A DNA stretch of 54,954 nucleotides from an uncultured Planctomycetia bacterium (GCA_964580895.1 CAZOMD010000002.1:17886-72839), one strand, 5' to 3'. Shown: positions 7,446 through 17,132, counted from the first letter of the stretch. Numbers and translations: made by a program. The notes: a model not told the origin generated them from the letters alone.

Positions 7446-8636
7446 ATGAAAAGGTCCGAGCTCCCGAAACAGTTCTTGGCAAGCGGGATCCACTGTGGCG
7501 CGAAGAAAAAACGAAAAGATCTGGCGCTTTTGTATTCGTCGGTTCCGTGCAGGGTGGCCGCGATATTCACAAAGAACCGGGTAAAGGCAGCTCCGGTGAA
7601 AGTCGCGCAGCAACAGCTTAAGAATACTAATAAGATAAGGGCCGTTATTATCAATAGCGGGAATGCCAATTGCATGACCGGGGAGAGGGGGATAAGTGAT
7701 GCCAAAAAGACCATGGCGTCACTCGCGGAGATCCTGAAAGTGAAGTCCGAAGAGGTCATCACATCCTCTACTGGTGTGATCGGGAAGTTCATGCCGATGG
7801 ACGCGATATTGTCAGGAATGAACAGCCTGGTCGGAGAATTGTCGGAGAAAGGACTTGTGGACGCCGCGGATGGTATACGTACTACAGATCAATTTCGGAA
7901 GATGACAGCGCGTACTTTTAAACTTGGCGGAAAAAAAGTAATACTTACCGGCATAGCGAAAGGCGCTGGGATGATCAAGCCGGATATGGCCACCATGCTA
8001 TGTTTTATCATGACGGATGCGGCAATTGCGGCGAGTGTCATGAAAAAAGCTTTAAAAAAATGCGCTGAAGTCTCATTTAATGCCATAAGTGTTGACGGGG
8101 ATATGAGTACTAACGATACGGTCATGCTTCTGGCTAATGGTGCCGCCGGGAACAAAACTATAACTGAAGAGGGGAAGGATTTAGATCTATTCCAGGAAAA
8201 CCTGGATTCGGTGGCCAAGGAGCTGGCGCGTATGATCGTGCGGGATGGTGAAGGGGCAAGCAGGGTCATCGAAGTCCAGGTAAAGGGGACACGGACAGAT
8301 AAAGACGCGGCTACTATAGCCAGGACGATAGCCGATTCCCTGCTGGTCAAATGCGCCGTTCTCGGGGGTGATCCGAACTGGGGGCGCATCGCTTCTTCCG
8401 CGGGCGCAAGCGGCGTGGATCTTGACCCCGATAAAATGGAAGTAAAGCTCGACAGTGTTACTTTTTTTAAAAACGGAACGGCGACGCCGCCTGACCATTC
8501 CGAGTTGGCGCGTGTGTTTAAAGCTAAAGAGGTCCTGATAGAGGTCGATCTCCATTCCGGAGAGGGCAAGGCCAGCGCGTATTCGTGTGATATAACTAAA
8601 AAATATCTGATGTTCAATTCAAAATATACGACATAG
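7446..8636 (+). CDS. argJ: bifunctional ornithine acetyltransferase / N-acetylglutamate synthase
   Basis: 396 aa. GIAKGAGMIKPDMATMLCFIMTDA contains the autoprocessing ATML site; GGDPNWGRI motif. Confidence 0.9.
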   Translation: MKRSELPKQFLASGIHCGAKKKRKDLALLYSSVPCRVAAIFTKNRVKAAPVKVAQQQLKNTNKIRAVIINSGNANCMTGERGISDAKKTMASLAEILKVKSEEVITSSTGVIGKFMPMDAILSGMNSLVGELSEKGLVDAADGIRTTDQFRKMTARTFKLGGKKVILTGIAKGAGMIKPDMATMLCFIMTDAAIAASVMKKALKKCAEVSFNAISVDGDMSTNDTVMLLANGAAGNKTITEEGKDLDLFQENLDSVAKELARMIVRDGEGASRVIEVQVKGTRTDKDAATIARTIADSLLVKCAVLGGDPNWGRIASSAGASGVDLDPDKMEVKLDSVTFFKNGTATPPDHSELARVFKAKEVLIEVDLHSGEGKASAYSCDITKKYLMFNSKYTT

Positions 8637-8900
8637 CTCGGAGTTGGGAGCTTGGAGTTGGCTTGCTGGTTCCGCTGGCACGGTAGTTCCGTGGGATGCA
8701 GGGTGTGGGACGAAGGAACAGTCAAAAAGTCGAAAAGTCTAAAGGTCAGAAAGTCCCGGCCAGAGGCTGAAAAGAGTCTTTAGACTTTTGGACTTGTGAC
8801 TTTTAGACCTTTAAACTAATGCAGGTTTCTGGTTACGGGTTTCAGAGTTCAACCAGAGAACCGGAGAACAAACCAACCGCTTAAAGATAAGGACATAAGC
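8637..8900. repeat. low-complexity, self-complementary spacer inside the arg cluster
   Basis: Word-like repeats (AAAAGTCGAAAAGTCTAAAGGTCAGAAAGTC) are opposed by GTCTTTAGACTTTTGGACTTGTGACTTTTAGACC. It shares modules with 45927-45989 (inverted) and 34766-34789. Confidence 0.6.
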
Positions 8901-9755
8901 ATGGAAGAGGCGATCAAAAAAAGTGAAGTGTTGATAGAGGCGTTGCCTTACATAAAGAAGTTCAATAACAAGATCGTTGTAATTAAGTTTGGCGGGAGCA
9001 TATTGTTCAAGGATACTGTCAGGAACATGGTTCTGCAGGACATTGTTTTCATGAGGTACGCCGGGATGAAACCGGTGCTGGTGCATGGGGGAGGACCTAA
9101 TATAAACGATCGGCTCAAGGAATCGAATATAGAAACAAGATTTGTCGACGGGCTAAGGGTGACCTGTGAAAGGTCTATGGGGATCGTTGATTCCGTTCTT
9201 GCCGAAGTTAACGCGGGGCTTGTTAAAGAGATAGTGGAATTGGGGGGAGAGGCTTTTGGCATAAGCGGGAAAGAGAATAATATGATACAGGCGGTCAAAC
9301 GAGAAAAACCCGATCTTGGGTACGTGGGTAGCGTGGAAGCCATTGATACAACCATACTGAAAAGGCTCCTTGATACGAACATCATCCCAGTAGTATGTCC
9401 CGTGGGGAAGGGAAAAGACAATAAGCTGTATAACGTAAACGCCGATGAGGCCGCTTCCAGCCTCGCGGTGGCCCTGGCGGCGGAAAAACTGGTCGTGTTA
9501 ACCAATGTGAGAGGCGTTATGGAGGATAAGGGCGATCCGGCGTCGTTGTTCCATTCTCTCACATATGAGACGGCGATACGTCTTATCGGGAAAAAGATCA
9601 TAGAGGGCGGAATGGTTCCCAAGATAAAGGCATGTCTGAACGCGCTTAAGGGCGGGGTGAGTAAAAGCCATATCGTAGACGCTAACCTTTCCCACGCGCT
9701 GCTCCTCGAGATATTCACCGATAAGGGGATCGGCACGGAGATAATCCACGAATAA
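8901..9755 (+). CDS. argB: acetylglutamate kinase
   Basis: 284 aa. VVIKFGGS, LVHGGGP and NVNADEAA motifs. Confidence 0.9.
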   Translation: MEEAIKKSEVLIEALPYIKKFNNKIVVIKFGGSILFKDTVRNMVLQDIVFMRYAGMKPVLVHGGGPNINDRLKESNIETRFVDGLRVTCERSMGIVDSVLAEVNAGLVKEIVELGGEAFGISGKENNMIQAVKREKPDLGYVGSVEAIDTTILKRLLDTNIIPVVCPVGKGKDNKLYNVNADEAASSLAVALAAEKLVVLTNVRGVMEDKGDPASLFHSLTYETAIRLIGKKIIEGGMVPKIKACLNALKGGVSKSHIVDANLSHALLLEIFTDKGIGTEIIHE

Positions 9756-9779
9756 CTGAAAAAAGAAAAGGAAAAACAG

Positions 9780-10976
9780 ATGGCGGCAGAAAAAAAACGG
9801 TTAGACGCGGTAAAAAAATTATACGAGAAATACGTGCTTTCCACATATAGCCGGACCGATCTGTGTCTTGTGAAAGGCGCGGGGGCGAGAGTTATTGATT
9901 CCGAAGGGAAGAAATATTTGGATTTTTTCCCGGGTTGGGCGGTAAGCGGTACCGGCCCCAGGCATCCGAAGGTTGTCGCGGAGATGAGGGAACAACTCGG
10001 CAAGATCCTGCATGTTTCCAATAACTATTACAATGAACTTCAGGGCCTTCTAGCCGAGAAAATAATAAAGCACTCTTTTCCCGGCAAGGTGTTTTTCGCG
10101 AATAGCGGAGCCGAAGTTAACGAGGGCGCTATCAAACTCGCGCGGAAATATGGATACCCAACAAGGTATGAGATCATAACGATGGAGAAATCCTTCCACG
10201 GAAGGACTTTGGCAACACTGACAGCCACGGGGCAGGATAAGGTGAAGAAGGGGTTCGCGCCTTTACCGGTGGGATTTAAACACGTGCCTTTTAACGATAT
10301 CGGAGCCGTCAAGGCGGCAGTTACAAAAGAGACCGTAGCTGTTATGCTTGAACCTATCCAGGGGGAAGGCGGGATAAATGTCGCTGGCGAAGGGTATTTA
10401 AAAGAACTCGCGGGTTTCTGTAAGGAAAAAGATCTATTGCTTATTTTAGACGAAGTCCAGACCGGTATGGGCAGGACCGGGAAAATGTTCGCGTTCGAGC
10501 ATTACGGGATAGAGCCTGATATGATAACTCTGGCTAAATCTCTTGGCGGTGGAATGCCCATAGGCGCGCTTGTGGTCGCTGAAAAACACGCGGGGGTCTT
10601 GACCCCGGGAACACACGCGTCTACTTTTGGGGGAAGTCCGATCGTATGCGCGGCGGCGCTGGGCGTATTCAGAGCGATAGAGGAAGAGGGGCTTTTGAAG
10701 AACACGGTCAAGATGGGAGAGTATTTGGTAAAGAAACTGAACAAATTGCGGGAGAAAAACCCGGTGATAGAAGAGATAAAGGGTAAAGGGCTGATGATCG
10801 GGGTTAAACTTGCTTTGGACGATGCCTCTAAGGTAGCGGAGGGATGTCTGAAGGAAGGACTTCTGATCAATTGCACGCAGATGAATGTTATTCGTATAAT
10901 GCCGCCGATGACCGTGACGAAAGAGGAGATAGATGAGGCTATAGATAAAATCGAAAAAGTACTGGAGAACATATGA
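9780..10976 (+). CDS. argD: acetylornithine aminotransferase
   Basis: 398 aa class-III aminotransferase. NSGAEVNEGAIKLAR, LILDEVQTGMGRTG, and TLAKSLGGG (PLP lysine). Confidence 0.85.
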   Translation: MAAEKKRLDAVKKLYEKYVLSTYSRTDLCLVKGAGARVIDSEGKKYLDFFPGWAVSGTGPRHPKVVAEMREQLGKILHVSNNYYNELQGLLAEKIIKHSFPGKVFFANSGAEVNEGAIKLARKYGYPTRYEIITMEKSFHGRTLATLTATGQDKVKKGFAPLPVGFKHVPFNDIGAVKAAVTKETVAVMLEPIQGEGGINVAGEGYLKELAGFCKEKDLLLILDEVQTGMGRTGKMFAFEHYGIEPDMITLAKSLGGGMPIGALVVAEKHAGVLTPGTHASTFGGSPIVCAAALGVFRAIEEEGLLKNTVKMGEYLVKKLNKLREKNPVIEEIKGKGLMIGVKLALDDASKVAEGCLKEGLLINCTQMNVIRIMPPMTVTKEEIDEAIDKIEKVLENI

Positions 10977-11890
10977 AAAAAAAGGACCTTATCTCGTTAA
11001 GCGATTTGAGCACAAAAGAGATCCTGGATATCCTGACCCTGGCGAGGAGGCTGAAAAAAGCCCCCTTCTCGCGTAAGGGCGTTTTCAAGGACAAGATACT
11101 CGCGCTTTTGTTCCAAAAACCGTCCAATAGGACCCGTGTGTCCTTTGAGGCCGCTATGGTGCATCTCGGGGGGCATGTGCTTTATCTTAGCCCGCGCGAG
11201 ATAGCGATGGGCACAAGAGAAACGGTAAAGGACGTGGCGTGTGTTATATCGAGGTATGTTGAGTGTATCGTCGCGAGGGTCTACGCCCATCAAGACATTG
11301 TAGAGCTCGCGCGTTATTCGAGGGTGCCGGTCATCAACGGTTTGTCCGATATGGATCATCCATGTCAGGCTATCAGTGATATCTTTACCATTCAGGAAAA
11401 GATGAGAAGGCTCAGGAAGGTAACGCTTTCTTATATCGGGGATGGGAATAATGTCCTTAATTCACTCCTTATGGCTTGTGCCAAGACTGGGGTGAACATG
11501 AAAATAGCGACTCCCGAAGGATACCGGCCCAAGGCCGATAAGCTGGAAGAGGCGGCTAAGATAGCAAAAAAGAACAAGGCGAGCATTGAGCTTGTAGCGA
11601 GCGCGCAAGAAGCGATCCGCGGCAGCGACGTGGTGTACACGGATGTTTGGGTAAGCATGGGGGATGAAGCGGAGAGCGAGCGGAGGTTGAAGGATTTCGC
11701 GCCGTATCAGATCAACCGCGCGCTGATGCGAGAAGCCAAGGATGATATTGTGGTCATGCATTGTCTTCCAGCCCATAGGGGGGAAGAGATAACAGAGGAC
11801 GTTCTTGACAGCAAGAACTCTATTGTTTATGACCAGGCGGAGAACAGAATGCATGTACAAAAGGCGGTACTTCTTAAACTGTTGCGGTAG
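10973..11890 (+). CDS. argF: ornithine carbamoyltransferase
   Basis: 305 aa. SNRTRVSFE, HPCQ, DVWVSMG and HCLPAHRGEE motifs. 4-nt ATGA overlap with argD. Confidence 0.85.
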   Translation: MKKKDLISLSDLSTKEILDILTLARRLKKAPFSRKGVFKDKILALLFQKPSNRTRVSFEAAMVHLGGHVLYLSPREIAMGTRETVKDVACVISRYVECIVARVYAHQDIVELARYSRVPVINGLSDMDHPCQAISDIFTIQEKMRRLRKVTLSYIGDGNNVLNSLLMACAKTGVNMKIATPEGYRPKADKLEEAAKIAKKNKASIELVASAQEAIRGSDVVYTDVWVSMGDEAESERRLKDFAPYQINRALMREAKDDIVVMHCLPAHRGEEITEDVLDSKNSIVYDQAENRMHVQKAVLLKLLR

Positions 11891-11988
11891 TTGAAAGGTT
11901 TAGGACTCCGCCCGGCTGTCAAAAAAAACATTACGGGGATGTCCGCGGGGCTTCCTTGATCGATAGGTGAATAAAAAAAGGGAAACAC

Positions 11989-13164
11989 ATGAAAAAGAAA
12001 AAGATAGTGCTCGCGTATTCAGGGGGGTTGGATACGTCTGTCGCGATAAAATGGCTTATGGACAAAGGGTACGAGGTGGTATGTTTTATGGCGGATGTAG
12101 GTCAGGGAGCGGATAATGAAAACGGGAAGAAACGGGCACTTACGAAAGACGCTAAGAAATGCGTAGTTGAAGACCTTAAGGAGAAATTCGCCGCGGAATA
12201 CGCGTTGCGCACGCTAAGGACCGGCGCGCTCTACCAGGGGAAATATAATCTTGCGACGGCATTGTCGCGCCCTTTGATCGCGGAAGCCATGGTTGATTTC
12301 GCTAAAAAAGAAAAAGCCGACGCTCTCGGGCACGGATGTACGGGGAAAGGGAACGACCAGGTGCGTTTTGAAGTGACATTCCATATTAAGGCCCCGAAGC
12401 TTAAGGTCGTGGCGCCGGTTAGGGAGTGGGAGCTTACTACGAGGGAGTCTGAGATCGATTATGCCCAAAAGCACGGTCTTCCGATCGAACAGACAAAAAA
12501 AAAGCTTTACAGTATCGATAAGAACCTTTGGGGGGTCAGCATAGAGGGCGGGAAGCTCGAAGATGAAAGCGCGGAGCCGCTTCCCGAAACATACATTATA
12601 GTGAACCCGCCGGAAAAGGCCCCGGATAAAGGGGAATACGTTACTTTATCTTTCAAGAAAGGTATCCCCGTGGCTATTAACAGTGAAAATTATGGGCCGG
12701 TTGAATTGATCCAGGCCCTTAATAGGCTCGGCGGTACCCATGGTATCGGAAGGGTTGATATGATAGAGGATCGTTTGGTGGGAATAAAATCGCGGGAATT
12801 ATACGAAGCCCCGGCATCGACGATACTTCAGGCCGGCCATGTTTCCCTTGAAGAGCTTGTGTTGGACAGAGAAACTCGGGCGTTCAAAAAAATGCTTGCG
12901 GGGCGATATTCGGAACTTGTTTATTATGGTCTATGGTTTACGCCTCTTAAAGAGGCTATCGACGCGTTCGTTGACAAGACCCAGGAGCATGTGACCGGTG
13001 AAGTGAAACTTAAGCTGTATAAGGGGAGCGTGACGATAGCTGGCAGGAAAAGTGATAGTTCGCGATATAAAAAACACCTTGCTACATACGGCGAAGGGGA
13101 TAAGTTTGACCAGACGCTCGCGAAGGGGTTTATCGACCTCTGGGCGCTGCCGTATAAGAAATAG
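11989..13164 (+). CDS. argG: argininosuccinate synthase
   Basis: 391 aa. VLAYSGGLDTS, HGCTGKGNDQVRFE and DRLVGIKSRE motifs. Confidence 0.9.
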   Translation: MKKKKIVLAYSGGLDTSVAIKWLMDKGYEVVCFMADVGQGADNENGKKRALTKDAKKCVVEDLKEKFAAEYALRTLRTGALYQGKYNLATALSRPLIAEAMVDFAKKEKADALGHGCTGKGNDQVRFEVTFHIKAPKLKVVAPVREWELTTRESEIDYAQKHGLPIEQTKKKLYSIDKNLWGVSIEGGKLEDESAEPLPETYIIVNPPEKAPDKGEYVTLSFKKGIPVAINSENYGPVELIQALNRLGGTHGIGRVDMIEDRLVGIKSRELYEAPASTILQAGHVSLEELVLDRETRAFKKMLAGRYSELVYYGLWFTPLKEAIDAFVDKTQEHVTGEVKLKLYKGSVTIAGRKSDSSRYKKHLATYGEGDKFDQTLAKGFIDLWALPYKK

Positions 13165-13532
13165 CGTATAGCGTATGGCGCCTGCCTGCCGGTAGGCAGG
13201 GGTAGCGTATAGATGGTGTAACGGAGAAGAAAAGTGATAGCGCCTGCCGGCAGGCGCAGCGTTTAGCGTGTAGACTGTTTAACAATGGAAGAGTAAAAAA
13301 TAGCGAAGATTTTCGGAGGCAAAATTCGAAATACGAAGCACGAAATACGAAATAATGTTCAAATGACCAAAATAATCGTCAGTTTAAGGTCTTGGAATAT
13401 TGGGATTCCAAATTTGTTCATGTTTTACATTTAGATATTCGGATTTAAACTGGCATAACCATACGCATCTTTGTTATGCTATAACTATACGCTATCCGCT
13501 AAACGCTCTACGCTAAAAATAAGGAGTATATC
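13162..13532. repeat. intergenic element bounded by inverted repeats TAGCGTATAG ... CTATACGCTA
   Basis: The 5' arm 13162-13171 includes the argG stop codon. The 3' arm is 13485-13494, and a second arm pair is 13171-13178/13459-13466. The interior holds the 18-bp perfect palindrome GCGCCTGCCGGCAGGCGC (13240-13257) and CGAAATACGAA word repeats. The 3' end CGCTAAAAATAAGGAG supplies the argH Shine-Dalgarno. Confidence 0.6.
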
Positions 13533-14912
13533 ATGGCCAAATTATGGGGAGGAAGGTTCTCAAAAAAAGAGATGGACTCCCGCATACTGAAATTCACTTC
13601 CAGCTTGGATGTGGATAAAGTGCTCGCGCGATATGACTGCCTGAGCAGCAAGGTCCATGTGGAGATGCTTTTTAAATGCGGGTTTCTTACCGGGAAGGAT
13701 AAAAAGGACCTGGTGAAGGTCCTTGATGAAATATTGGAAAAGGTAGAAAAAAGCACGGCGTGTTTTGAAAAGGCGGAGGATATACATTCGGCTATCCAGA
13801 GCTATGTCGAGGAAAAAGTTCCCGAAGCCGCGAAGAAGATGCATACCGCTAGGTCTAGGAACGAGCAGGTGGTGAACGATGTGCGGCTTTATTGCCTTGA
13901 TCGCATCAAGGACGTAAAGGCGCTCGTGAGGGGGCTCCAGAGCGGCCTGGTCGGGCTTGCCGATGGCTCTATCAACGTTATTATCCCAGGATACACGCAT
14001 CTTAACCGTGCCCAGCCCGTTCTTTTCTCGCATCTTTTAATGGCGTATGTGGAAATGTTTGAGAGGGATTTTTCAAGGCTCGAGGACGCTTACAAAAGGT
14101 GCGATGTCTCCGTTATGGGGTCAGGCGCGCTTGCCGGTTCGGCGCTTCCCCTTGACCGCAAATTTATCGCCGAAAAATTGGGTTTTTCCAAAATTTCGGC
14201 GAACAGCATAGATGCCGTTAGTGACAGGGACTTTATGGCGGAAGTCGTGGGAGCTCTCTGTTTTATCGCGGTCCATCTTTCGCGTATGGCAGAGGATCTG
14301 ATACTGTTCAGCATCCCGGAATTCGGTTTTGTCGAGATAGGTGAGGAGTATTGCACGGGAAGTTCGTTGATGCCGCAGAAAAAAAACCCCGATGTGTTGG
14401 AACTGATAAGGGGTAAGGCCGCGGGCGTGATAAGTTCTCTCAACTCTATCTTTGTCCTGATGAAAGGGCTGCCGCATTCTTATAACCGCGACCTGCAGGA
14501 AGACAAAAAACCGCTCTTCGAAACAATGGATGTTGTTTCCGAAGCGTTGGGGCTTATGACGGGGGTCGTGGCGGCCTTGAAGCCAAATAGGGAAAATGCG
14601 GAAAAGGCGTTTGAGGATGAGTTTTTGTTCGCGACGGATATCGCCGAATATCTGGTCCGTAAAGGGGTGCCTTTCCGGGAGGCCCATGATATCGTGGGAA
14701 AGTTGATCAGGCGCTGCATAGACGACAAGCTTAACATATCAGACCTTTCGATATCGGAACTTAAGGTCTTTTCAAAATTCATCGGCGAGGATGTGTTTGA
14801 CTTGCTCAATCCCGAGACGTCTGTCGGGAACAAGAAGACCTACGGCAGCACTAACCCTGCTGAGGTCAAAAAACAGATAAACAACTGGAAGAAGATCCTA
14901 AAAAAGGGGTAA
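13533..14912 (+). CDS. argH: argininosuccinate lyase
   Basis: 459 aa. LWGGRFS N-terminus, PGYTHLNRAQP, and GSSLMPQKKNPD signature. Confidence 0.9.
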   Translation: MAKLWGGRFSKKEMDSRILKFTSSLDVDKVLARYDCLSSKVHVEMLFKCGFLTGKDKKDLVKVLDEILEKVEKSTACFEKAEDIHSAIQSYVEEKVPEAAKKMHTARSRNEQVVNDVRLYCLDRIKDVKALVRGLQSGLVGLADGSINVIIPGYTHLNRAQPVLFSHLLMAYVEMFERDFSRLEDAYKRCDVSVMGSGALAGSALPLDRKFIAEKLGFSKISANSIDAVSDRDFMAEVVGALCFIAVHLSRMAEDLILFSIPEFGFVEIGEEYCTGSSLMPQKKNPDVLELIRGKAAGVISSLNSIFVLMKGLPHSYNRDLQEDKKPLFETMDVVSEALGLMTGVVAALKPNRENAEKAFEDEFLFATDIAEYLVRKGVPFREAHDIVGKLIRRCIDDKLNISDLSISELKVFSKFIGEDVFDLLNPETSVGNKKTYGSTNPAEVKKQINNWKKILKKG

Positions 14913-14988
14913 AGAAGGCGAGGGCTCCTCGCTTACACGCTTGTAAATTTCCATCGAAATTTACTACGTAGGCTTTGGAGTTAATTCA

Positions 14989-15039
14989 CCCCCATGCCAG
15001 TTTGTGAAGCAAACTATGGGGGCTCATTAAGGAGACAGG
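14989..15039 (+). promoter_or_regulatory. conserved 5'-leader hairpin plus Shine-Dalgarno module (copy 1, upstream of lysA)
   Basis: CCCCCAT(gcc)AGTTTG-tgaag-CAAACTATGGGGG, then CTCATTAAGGAG and ATG. A second copy at 34171-34223 carries a compensatory change (U-A to C-G). Confidence 0.55.
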
Positions 15040-16290
15040 ATGCACGAATTTAATTACAAAGACGGCGTTCTTCATTGTGAAGATATATCTTTAGCGGAAA
15101 TAGTGAAGGCAAATCCGACGCCTTTTTATCTTTACAGTCATAAGACAATTATCGATCATTTCGCGAAACTGAAAGAGGCCTTTCAGGAGATAGACCCGCT
15201 TATCTGTTTTTCGATGAAGTCCAACTCTAACCTTAGCGTATGCAAAGCCCTTGTGAATGAAGGGGCCGGGCTGGACATCGTTTCGGGCGGGGAACTTTAC
15301 AAGGCTCTTAAAATAGGGTGTCCTCCGGAAAGGATAGTCTACGCCAGTGTTGGCAAGACAGAAGAAGAGATACGGACCGCTATCCGGAAACGGATACTGT
15401 TTTTCAACGTGGAATCCGTCCCCGAACTGATAATGATAGATACTATCGCCAAACGTCTCAGGAAAAAGGTCAAGGCCGCGATAAGGCTTAATCCCGATGT
15501 GAGGCCTAACACCCATGATTACATAACGACCGGCGCGAAGGAAAAAAAGTTCGGGATAGATTTTACCGGAGTCGAGGATATCTTTGACAACGCGAACAAG
15601 TATTCTAACGTTGACCTAAAGGGGATACATGTGCACATAGGGTCCCAGATAACCGACGCGGAACCTTTTATAGACAGTCTTATAAAGGTTATGGAGTTCA
15701 TCGAGAAAAGCAACATCAAGATAGAATGGCTGAATCTGGGTGGGGGGTTCGGAATAATTTACAAGGAAGAAAGAGCGACGACGGCTAAAGGTTTTGCGGA
15801 GAAGATCATACCCATACTTAAGAACAGGAGTTTTAAGATCATACTCGAACCGGGAAGGTTTATTGTCGGCAATAGCGGGATCCTCGTATGCAAAGTGTTA
15901 TATGTTAAAACAGGGACGACCGGGAAGAAGTTCGCCATAGTCAATGCCGGGATGAACGACCTTATACGGCCCAGTCTTTATGGCGCGTACCACGAGATAC
16001 TGCCGGTCGTTGACAGGGGGGTAAACCCGGTAAAGTATGATGTTGTGGGGCCTATATGCGAGAGCGGGGATTATCTCGCGCTTGAAAGGGATATGCCGGA
16101 AGTTTTCGCTGGGGATTTTCTTGCCGTCATGGGCGCGGGGGCTTACGGGTTCGCCATGTCATCAAATTACAATTCGCGCCCGAGGGTCGCTGAACTTATG
16201 GCGTATAAAGGCGAAGTAAGGGTGATAAGGGCGGCGGAAAGATATAAGGATCTTATAAGGGGAGAAAGGATGCTTAAGGAACTGAAATAA
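15040..16290 (+). CDS. lysA: diaminopimelate decarboxylase
   Basis: 416 aa. FSMKSN (PLP Lys), HVHIGSQ, EPGR and GPICESGD motifs. Confidence 0.9.
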   Translation: MHEFNYKDGVLHCEDISLAEIVKANPTPFYLYSHKTIIDHFAKLKEAFQEIDPLICFSMKSNSNLSVCKALVNEGAGLDIVSGGELYKALKIGCPPERIVYASVGKTEEEIRTAIRKRILFFNVESVPELIMIDTIAKRLRKKVKAAIRLNPDVRPNTHDYITTGAKEKKFGIDFTGVEDIFDNANKYSNVDLKGIHVHIGSQITDAEPFIDSLIKVMEFIEKSNIKIEWLNLGGGFGIIYKEERATTAKGFAEKIIPILKNRSFKIILEPGRFIVGNSGILVCKVLYVKTGTTGKKFAIVNAGMNDLIRPSLYGAYHEILPVVDRGVNPVKYDVVGPICESGDYLALERDMPEVFAGDFLAVMGAGAYGFAMSSNYNSRPRVAELMAYKGEVRVIRAAERYKDLIRGERMLKELK

Positions 16291-16313
16291 AGTTCTTTAA
16301 GATGAGGTGAGCC

Positions 16314-17132
16314 ATGAGAAGTTCGTACGGCTTATGTTTTACCAAGGTGGTTGGGACAGGTAATGATTTTATCGTTATCGACAACCGGAATAGAGAGCTT
16401 GATCTTCGCCAGCTGGATTATCCCGAGATAGCGAAGAATTTATGCCGGAGAAGATTATCCGTGGGGGCTGACGGTCTTTTGGTTCTGGAATGGTCCGATA
16501 ACGCGAGTTATAAGATGCGCATAATAAATCCGGACGGGTCTGAAGTCGATATGTGCGGCAATGGCGCCAGATGCAGCGCCTATTACGCGTCCCAGAGCGG
16601 ATGGGGGCATAAGTTGACCATTGAGACCAGGGCCGGTATGCTGGAAGCACAGGTTTCGGGTGAGAACGTAAAACTTAAAATGAGTGACCCTAAAGACATA
16701 AAGTTGAACATTAATCTTGGCATCGGGTCCAATCTGGTCCAGGTGCATCACATAAATACGGGGGTCCCTCACGCGGTCCATTTCGTGGAAAAGATCGGGG
16801 AATATGACGTAATGCGGATAGGCCGCGGGATAAGGGCGCATTCGTTTTTTGCTCCGAACGGGACAAACGCGGATTTTATAGGTGATATAAAAGGGGATAC
16901 CGCCACAATACGGACATACGAACGGGGCGTCGAAGACGAGACCCTTGCGTGCGGGACCGGCGCTGTGGCTTCGGCTATAATAATGGGACTTGTGAAGGAT
17001 TCCACAAGCCCCGTTGAATTGACTACGAAAAGCGGCGAGAAACTAAAGATACATTATAAAATATCCGGGGACAAGGTTAAGGATGTATATCTGGAAGGGA
17101 CAGCCAGGATAATTTACGAGGGGAAGGTTTAG
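16314..17132 (+). CDS. dapF: diaminopimelate epimerase
   Basis: 272 aa. GTGNDFIVID; the two catalytic Cys lie in MCGNGARC and LACGTGAVA. Confidence 0.9.
   Translation: MRSSYGLCFTKVVGTGNDFIVIDNRNRELDLRQLDYPEIAKNLCRRRLSVGADGLLVLEWSDNASYKMRIINPDGSEVDMCGNGARCSAYYASQSGWGHKLTIETRAGMLEAQVSGENVKLKMSDPKDIKLNINLGIGSNLVQVHHINTGVPHAVHFVEKIGEYDVMRIGRGIRAHSFFAPNGTNADFIGDIKGDTATIRTYERGVEDETLACGTGAVASAIIMGLVKDSTSPVELTTKSGEKLKIHYKISGDKVKDVYLEGTARIIYEGKV

Noticed and set aside
7889-8725. 278-aa minus-strand ORF
   Set aside because: It is antisense to argJ. The same reasoning applies to 40020-40862 (antisense to glyQS), 1211-1759, 35934-36629 and the other minus-strand ORFs. I accept no minus-strand gene in this window.
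8948-10021. 357-aa minus-strand ORF
   Set aside because: It lies entirely antisense to argB and argD, which have clear family motifs. Its composition is Ser/Pro/Leu-rich with no Shine-Dalgarno, typical of a shadow ORF.
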